Assembly (NCBI GenBank): GCA_019306065.1
Contig: JAFDMF010000013.1
Location: 12,324-76,323, forward strand
Origin: Deltaproteobacteria bacterium
GTDB lineage: Bacteria; Desulfobacterota; Desulfobacteria; Desulfobacterales; JAFDMD01
DNA length: 64,000 nt
Direction of reading: 5' to 3'
The position numbers and the translations under genes are program-made. The notes under the pieces were generated by a model, which searched no databases, had not been told where the DNA came from, and worked only from the letters and a program-made list of their open reading frames with translations. Shown here one piece after another: positions 58,746-64,000 of this stretch; position 1 is the first letter of the stretch; each line of letters begins with the position of its first letter.

Positions 58746-59078
58746 ATGATAGGATATTGCGGATTAAATTGTTCCGAATGCGAAGCTTATATCGCTACGC
58801 AAAATAATGACGACGCTAAAAGAACGGATACGGCAAAACAATGGTCTAATCGCTATAATGCGGATATTAAACCGGAAGATATAAATTGTAACGGCTGTTT
58901 ATCCGAGAATAAAAAGCGTTTTTTTTATTGCGAAAACCGTTGCGAAATAAGAAAGTGTTGCGTATCGAAAAAAATAACCTCCTGCGCGGTATGCCCGGAT
59001 TATAAATGTAAGCTTCTTATGGATTTTATTAAGCAGGCTCCGGAATGCGGCGAAGCGCTTGAAAGGCTTCGAGCTTAA
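58746..59078 (+). CDS. DUF3795-like Cys-rich protein
   Basis: MIGYCGLNCSECEAY...CNGC...CxxxC pattern. ATG 58746 follows SD aaggag. The track start at 58590 is too early. Confidence 0.6.
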   Translation: MIGYCGLNCSECEAYIATQNNDDAKRTDTAKQWSNRYNADIKPEDINCNGCLSENKKRFFYCENRCEIRKCCVSKKITSCAVCPDYKCKLLMDFIKQAPECGEALERLRA

Positions 59079-59097
59079 AATGAATTTTAAAACCGTT

Positions 59098-59221
59098 GCA
59101 TAACAAAGTGGTTTGTTCAAGTTCAAAGCGGATAAAGATTTTAACCGCAGGAATACTTATAGTATTTCGAGGATTAAAATTTTTATCCAACGCCGAAATT
59201 GGGCAAACTACTTTGTTATGC
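59098..59221 (+). repeat. family-2 long hairpin element, copy B (12-bp perfect termini gcataacaaagt/actttgttatgc)
   Basis: Read in the sequence. Related to copies at 2105, 4968, 11717 and 63341. Confidence 0.7.
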
Positions 59222-59235
59222 AGAAGTCTTAAAAT

Positions 59236-60048
59236 TTATTCGCCCGCATAAACTTTTGTAGCTTTATTCGTGGAGGCTTCGACTTTTTTTAATATTTTGT
59301 CTGTTTTCTCCAAAGGAAGCCACTTAACTTTGCCTGTTCCCACGTCATATATTGCGCCGATAACTTTTGCTTTTCCATCTTTTACAATGTTTCTGACTGC
59401 GGGGCTTTTCATAAAAAGGTCTTCTATGCTTGTCCATACGTTTTCTTCGATAGCGTAAGGTATTATGGCGTCTCCTTTTATATCTTTATGCTGTTCCATC
59501 GCTTTTTTAACCGCCGGCACTATGTTATCCACAAGCGGCGGGATGTTGGCTTCCAATTTACTCCCTTTGCCGGTAAGGGAATGGGTTACCGCTGTAACGG
59601 CTCCGCATTGGGTATGCCCTAATACTACTAAAAGCGGAGTATTAACATGAGCTAATCCGTATTCTATGGAGCCTACTTCGTCTGTGTCGCATACGTTGCC
59701 AGCAACTCTTATTACAAATATGTCCATTATTCCGGCGTCAAAGATTAATTCTACAGGAACGCGAGAATCGGAGCATGTAATAACCGTAGCGTAAGCGTAA
59801 TCTCCCTGATTTGCTTTGCCCGCAAGAGCTATGCGCTCGGCATCTTTATGGGGGTCAGAGGATTTGCCTGTATAAAAGCGTTTATTGCCATCTGTCATCA
59901 TTTTTATAACTTCGTCGGGGCTCGGCTTTTTTACAGCGCCTTCGCCTGCGTTTGCAATAACGGGAAACCAGATTAACATCGCTGAAAAGATTAGGATGAA
60001 AAAAATGTTTTTGATTTTTTTAAATTTCATTATGCAATTTCCTTTCAT
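59236..60048 (-). CDS. beta-class carbonic anhydrase with signal peptide
   Basis: Has CSDSRVP and GHTQCGAV zinc-ligand motifs. The start may be the second ATG (60030), which follows aaaggaaa. Confidence 0.85.
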   Translation of the reverse strand: MKGNCIMKFKKIKNIFFILIFSAMLIWFPVIANAGEGAVKKPSPDEVIKMMTDGNKRFYTGKSSDPHKDAERIALAGKANQGDYAYATVITCSDSRVPVELIFDAGIMDIFVIRVAGNVCDTDEVGSIEYGLAHVNTPLLVVLGHTQCGAVTAVTHSLTGKGSKLEANIPPLVDNIVPAVKKAMEQHKDIKGDAIIPYAIEENVWTSIEDLFMKSPAVRNIVKDGKAKVIGAIYDVGTGKVKWLPLEKTDKILKKVEASTNKATKVYAGE

Positions 60049-60119
60049 TATGAGTTGTTTGATTACAGTATCCGTATATAGATTATTTATTATGTAAAAA
60101 TCAATAAAAGAAGTTGTAT

Positions 60120-60354
60120 CTATTTTTTTAATTTATCGCTTGATATTATTATCTCGTCTCCGGCTATGTTTCTTGTTTTTATTTTGAATTTATCGGTATT
60201 AAGAAGATATTCCCCTTTTATTTTCTCTTTTATTCCGGCTTTATCTTCCAAAGTAGAATCGCTTTTCCAAACATCTGCAAGAGTCGTTTATGTTGTATTG
60301 TTTGTATTCTTTCATTTGTTTTTTTATATTGATTTTAACGTTGCTTTTACCCAT
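60120..60354 (-). pseudogene. small frameshifted ORF remnant
   Basis: MGKSNVKINIKKQMKEYKQYNINDSCR... continues in another frame as DVWKSDSTLEDKAGIKEKIKGEYLLNTDKFKIKTRNIAGDEIIISSDKLKK*. Confidence 0.3.
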
Positions 60355-60397
60355 GTCATCGTTTACCTTACATAAGGCAAGGTTGCTTTGGACTATG

Positions 60398-60860
60398 TTA
60401 AGCTTGCTTTTGTCCGAAGTTTCTTAATATTTCCCTAAATCTATTAAGATGTTTTTTAAAATTGTTTGTTCCGTTGTCTATAAAGGATTTATAGCTTATG
60501 TGGAGGTTTTCTTTTAAAAACTCCTCTTTTATAAATTTCTCTTTTGCCCGAAACAGATCGTTATAATAGATTTGATCTTTGGTTTCTATTATAAGCGCCT
60601 TTTGTATGAGGATGTTTTTTTCTTTAATATATCTTTTGTCGCCTTTTCTTTTTAATATTAAAAAATGGGGCATGTATTTTCCTCTTGGGATTTGTATGTA
60701 AAGGGGTTGGAGGCTGTCCTTGTCGTTTAATAGTTTTTTATGAAGGTTTTTTAAATTATTGTCTTGAAAAAATTGATTTAAAAAAGAGGTTACGGGATTG
60801 TTTGAAAATAGCCGGTTAAAGTGTAGATTGTATTCATTCTTGAACCGATTATATAAATAT
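60398..60860 (-). pseudogene. unknown-family gene apparently frameshifted (track ORF 60398..60673 plus an upstream frame)
   Basis: The upstream frame NEYNLHFNRLFSNNPVTSFLNQFFQDNNLKNLHKKLLNDKDSLQPPLHTNPKRKIHAPFF overlaps MPHFLILKRKGDKRY... and has no start codon. Confidence 0.35.
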
Positions 60861-60916
60861 ATATAAATAAAACTTTCTATTTTTTAAGCGGGTATTCCTC
60901 TGTTTATAATTAAGTT

Positions 60917-60950
60917 GCAAAGTAGAGACGTTGCAATGCAACGTCTCTAC
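60917..60950. repeat. palindromic repeat family 1 copy
   Basis: gcaaagtagagacgttgcaatgcaacgtctctac. The flanking 60893-60916 matches 56222-56246. Confidence 0.75.
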
Positions 60951-61008
60951 CTGTTTTATTTATATCCGACGCAAATGTTGAACGAAAGAGGACTTTTTTA
61001 TACGGAAA

Positions 61009-63003
61009 TTATCCGATAACGCAAAGCACATCCCCCTTCGCAACGTTATCTCCGCTTTCGTATTTTATCTCTTTTATTACTCCGTCGGTATGAGCGCCAA
61101 GGGTGTTTTCCATTTTCATTGCTTCAAGTATAACTACGGTATCCCCTTTTTTAACGCTGTCTCCTTCCTTTACTTTATAATCTATTATTAATCCTGGTAA
61201 AGGAGCTGCAAGAGGAGAGCCGCCGGAAGCGGACGCTGCAGCCGGAGCCGCGGCAGGTTTTTCAGCCGCGGGAGCGGCAGGAGCCGGAGCTGGTTTCGGA
61301 GCGGCTGCCGGTACCGGAGCCAAAGGGGCGGCAGGCTGAACGTAGCTTACAACTGGAGCGCCTCCTATTTCTTCAACTCCTACTTTGAAGTAATCGTCAT
61401 CCACAAATACTTTGAATTCGCGCAGGTTTTCGCATTCTTCCTGATATTCTTTCATTTCTTTCTTTTCTACCAAAAGCCCTGCTTTTGCTTTTGTTATAAG
61501 TTCAAGTTCCGCTTTTGCATCCTCTAATGTTTTGGGAAGCATTTCTTTGGGAACTTTTTCTTTTCCGTATTTGTATTTTAAGTATTTTTTGCCTGTTACA
61601 GGAAATATTGCATAAAGTATCTCATCGTCTATATCTACGGCAAGCTCTTTTATTTCCTCTTGTGCTTTTTTAAGTTCCGGAGTAAGAACCTCTGCGGGTC
61701 TGCAGGTAATAGGCTCTTCGCCCCTCGGATATCCTTTAAGGGCTTTTTTGATTACTTCGGGATTTATAGGAACTGCCGTTTTGCCGTAAAGTCCGTAACA
61801 TAGGTCTTTTACTTGCCCTGTAATCATTTTGTATCGCTCTTTGTCTTCGTCGAACAAAACGTTATTTACCGTTTGGATGCCTACTATCTGGCTTGTAGGA
61901 GTTACAAGCGGTATTTGCCCCAAATCTTTTCTAACTCTCGGAAGCTCTTTATATACTTCGTCTATTTTATCTAATGCATCCATTTCTCTTAACTGATTTA
62001 TAAGGTTGGAAAGCATACCTCCGGGGGTTTGATGAAGTAGAACATTTATATCTATAATAGACATTTTTGTATCGTCTAGCAGGTGCCTATATTTGGGCAT
62101 GATCTCTTTTTCGAGTATTGCGTTTATCTCCGCCAATGCTTTTATGTCAAACCCTGTATCTCTGTCTGTGCCAAGAAGGGTCATAACCAAAGGCTCTATA
62201 GCCGGATGAGATGTTCTGTAAGCGTAAGGAGACATACAGGTATCTATTATGTCAACTCCTGCTTCAATTGCTTTAAGATGAGACATTGACGCCATTCCCG
62301 AAGTAAAATGGCTGTGTAGATGTATCGGAATTGATACTGCTTCTTTAAGAGCCTTTATAAGAGCATAAGCATCATAAGGGGCTATAAGCCCTGCCATGTC
62401 TTTGATACATATTGTATCGGCTCCCATTTTTGCCAGCTCTTTTGCTTTGTTTACATAATAGTCGATGTTATAAACTTCGCCGCCCATTCTCGGCTCGGTC
62501 ATTGTATAGCAGATGCAGCCCTGAAAATGTTTGCCGCATTTTTTTATTATGGGAACTACGGTTTCAAAGTTTCGATAATCGTTTAACGCATCGAATGTTC
62601 TGAATACGTCTATGCCGTTTATAGCGGATCTTTCTACAAAAGCTTCGGCAAGGTCGTCTGCGTAATTTCTGTATCCTACAAGGTTTTGGGCTCTTAAAAG
62701 CATGGAAAAAGGGGTATTTTTTATGTATCGTTTTAATGTTCTTATTCTTTCCCATGGATCTTCGTTTAGGTAGCGATGGGTTGTGTCAAAGGTTGCTCCG
62801 CCCCATGTTTCTACGGCCCAAAATCCTATTTGATCTATTTTTTCGGCAATAGGTATCATGTCTTCGGTTCTTCCTCTTGTGGCAAATAAGGATTGATGCC
62901 CGTCTCTTAATGTTAAATCCATTATTTTAAGAGGATTTTCCGCTTTTGGTCTGTCTTTATCGTAGTTCATTTTTGTCGTTTTTAATTTGTTATGCTCGCT
63001 CAT
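61009..63003 (-). CDS. oxaloacetate decarboxylase alpha / transcarboxylase 5S-type carboxyltransferase fused to a biotinyl carrier domain
   Basis: HMGL-like TIM barrel (LRDGHQS), a Pro/Ala-rich linker, and EAMKMEN biotinylation motif at the C-terminus. Confidence 0.9.
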   Translation of the reverse strand: MSEHNKLKTTKMNYDKDRPKAENPLKIMDLTLRDGHQSLFATRGRTEDMIPIAEKIDQIGFWAVETWGGATFDTTHRYLNEDPWERIRTLKRYIKNTPFSMLLRAQNLVGYRNYADDLAEAFVERSAINGIDVFRTFDALNDYRNFETVVPIIKKCGKHFQGCICYTMTEPRMGGEVYNIDYYVNKAKELAKMGADTICIKDMAGLIAPYDAYALIKALKEAVSIPIHLHSHFTSGMASMSHLKAIEAGVDIIDTCMSPYAYRTSHPAIEPLVMTLLGTDRDTGFDIKALAEINAILEKEIMPKYRHLLDDTKMSIIDINVLLHQTPGGMLSNLINQLREMDALDKIDEVYKELPRVRKDLGQIPLVTPTSQIVGIQTVNNVLFDEDKERYKMITGQVKDLCYGLYGKTAVPINPEVIKKALKGYPRGEEPITCRPAEVLTPELKKAQEEIKELAVDIDDEILYAIFPVTGKKYLKYKYGKEKVPKEMLPKTLEDAKAELELITKAKAGLLVEKKEMKEYQEECENLREFKVFVDDDYFKVGVEEIGGAPVVSYVQPAAPLAPVPAAAPKPAPAPAAPAAEKPAAAPAAASASGGSPLAAPLPGLIIDYKVKEGDSVKKGDTVVILEAMKMENTLGAHTDGVIKEIKYESGDNVAKGDVLCVIG

Positions 63004-63127
63004 GTTTATATTCTCCTTTTGACTATACGGCTTTTTTATCGCATAGTCTCCGATTATATTTTAAAACTATAGGTTACTGTTTTATTATTTAGTTCTCTAT
63101 AGAAAAATGTTCGATTTTCTACGAAAC

Positions 63128-63337
63128 TTATCTGAGTGCTTTTAACTGCATCATCAAACGCATGTTCATCATATCTGCTCTTCCGCCTGCTCCCCATAGA
63201 TTTAAGCCGAAATTTTTCTGATCAGGTTTAACATCATCGATCGCGGCGCAACTCGCCATAGCATCTTCGTTTTGTCTTATGTATGCTATAACCCCAGCTA
63301 TTGCCGCCGCTATTTTCTCTTTTTGATTATTAATCAT
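63128..63337 (-). CDS. small subunit-like protein associated with biotin carboxyltransferase/decarboxylase genes
   Basis: KIAAAIAGVIAYI motif, reminiscent of the small gamma/delta subunits of these complexes. Sits between the 12S-like and 5S-like genes. Confidence 0.5.
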   Translation of the reverse strand: MINNQKEKIAAAIAGVIAYIRQNEDAMASCAAIDDVKPDQKNFGLNLWGAGGRADMMNMRLMMQLKALR

Positions 63338-63340
63338 TTT

Positions 63341-63458
63341 TTGTCCTCTGTTTAAATTTTACCGGATAACTTTGTAGTTTGTCCGATTTCGGCGTCGGAT
63401 AAAAATTTTTATCCGCATTGAACTTGAATAAACTTCTTTGTTATCCGACGAAATTTCA
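63341..63458 (-). repeat. family-2 element, copy C, forming the 5' leader of gene 63128..63337
   Basis: The reverse complement reads gatgaaatttcgtcggataacaaagaag...ctacaaagttatccggtaaaatttaaacagaggacaaaaaATG. Confidence 0.7.
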
Positions 63459-63510
63459 TCATCATTTTTTGTGATTAAATATTTTTCATAATGGATATTT
63501 CAAAAGAGTT

Positions 63511-64000
63511 TTAAACGGGAATGTTTCCATGCTTTTTAGGCGGTCTTATTTCCCGTTTAAAGCATACTGTTTCAAGCGACTCTATAAGTCTTTGTCTTGT
63601 TTCGCTGGGAATTATTACCGCATCTATGTAACCTCTGCTTGCAGCGCAATACGGATTTGAAAATAAGCGGTTGTATTCCTCTATTTTCTCCTCTCTTTTG
63701 CTTTTCGGATCATCGGCTCCTTTTATCTCTTTTCTATGTATTATGTTTGCCGCTCCCGCAGCGCCCATTACCGCAATCTCTGCCGTAGGCCAAGCAAATG
63801 CCATATCTGCCCCAAGGTCTTTGGAACACATCGCAAGATATGATCCGCCGTAATCTTTACGGGTTACAAGTAAAAGCTTGGGAACTGTGGCTTCGGAGTA
63901 GCACCACAAAAGTTTCGCTCCGTGTCTGATGATTCCTCCCCATTCCTGATTGCTTCCTGGCAAATACCCGGGAACGTCTGCAATAGTAAGCATGGGTATG
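63511..64000 (-). CDS. acyl-CoA carboxyltransferase beta / methylmalonyl-CoA carboxyltransferase 12S-type subunit (C-terminal part, continues beyond the window)
   Basis: Has LPGSNQEWGGIIRHGAKLL and PTAEIAVMGAAGAANI motifs. The frame is open to the window edge. Confidence 0.85.
   Translation of the reverse strand, partial: IPMLTIADVPGYLPGSNQEWGGIIRHGAKLLWCYSEATVPKLLLVTRKDYGGSYLAMCSKDLGADMAFAWPTAEIAVMGAAGAANIIHRKEIKGADDPKSKREEKIEEYNRLFSNPYCAASRGYIDAVIIPSETRQRLIESLETVCFKREIRPPKKHGNIPV

Noticed and set aside
41000-61000. The palindromic repeats considered as a CRISPR array.
   Set aside because: Copies are 3-10 kb apart and sit individually at gene ends. They are not regularly spaced with short unique spacers, and no cas genes are present.
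61210-61330. GC-rich repetitive stretch (gcagc/ggagc motifs) inside the oadA-like gene.
   Set aside because: It encodes the Pro/Ala-rich flexible linker (PAAPLAPVPAAAPKPAPAPAAPAAEKPAAAPAAA) preceding the biotinyl domain, a normal feature of these proteins.

Overview
AT-rich (about one-third GC by eye) bacterial chromosomal segment. There is no rRNA, CRISPR array, transposase or integrase. Gene content fits a strict anaerobe of the Desulfobacterota/syntroph type; I cannot name the organism. The backbone includes: (1) an oxidative-stress and Fe-S block with rubredoxin, reverse rubrerythrin, a desulforedoxin-like mini-ORF, a ferritin-like protein, IscU-like and NifS-like genes, and later an FprA flavodiiron protein; (2) glyS; (3) a large tandem HdrA plus MvhD, both read through in-frame UGA (selenocysteine), followed by two Fe-S proteins and an FAD/NAD oxidoreductase; (4) housekeeping genes dnaJ, queD, secDF-yajC, an RNase E/G-family gene, atpZ-I-B-E, uvrA, pdxA, rluD, carD, H+-PPase, pth, L25, prs, ispE and htrA; (5) a butyrate-type beta-oxidation set (acd, hbd, thiolase); (6) transcarboxylase/decarboxylase subunits; (7) tRNA-Leu(CAG) and tRNA-Gln(UUG). 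Two accessory cassettes stand out. One is a Gabija-like pair at 5132-9063 (OLD-family ATPase-TOPRIM nuclease plus UvrD-like helicase). The other is an ABC-type ATPase plus DUF4276-like pair at 25500-27300, which I consider the best candidate for an uncharacterised defence-type system. Other signals: three dispersed intergenic repeat/hairpin families, one of which forms the immediate 5' leader and SD of unrelated genes; several decayed toxin-antitoxin-type genes; a NifS homologue lacking the PLP lysine; and small metalloprotein genes below the ORF-track cutoff. Family names are assigned from motifs I recognise by eye. No database search was run.
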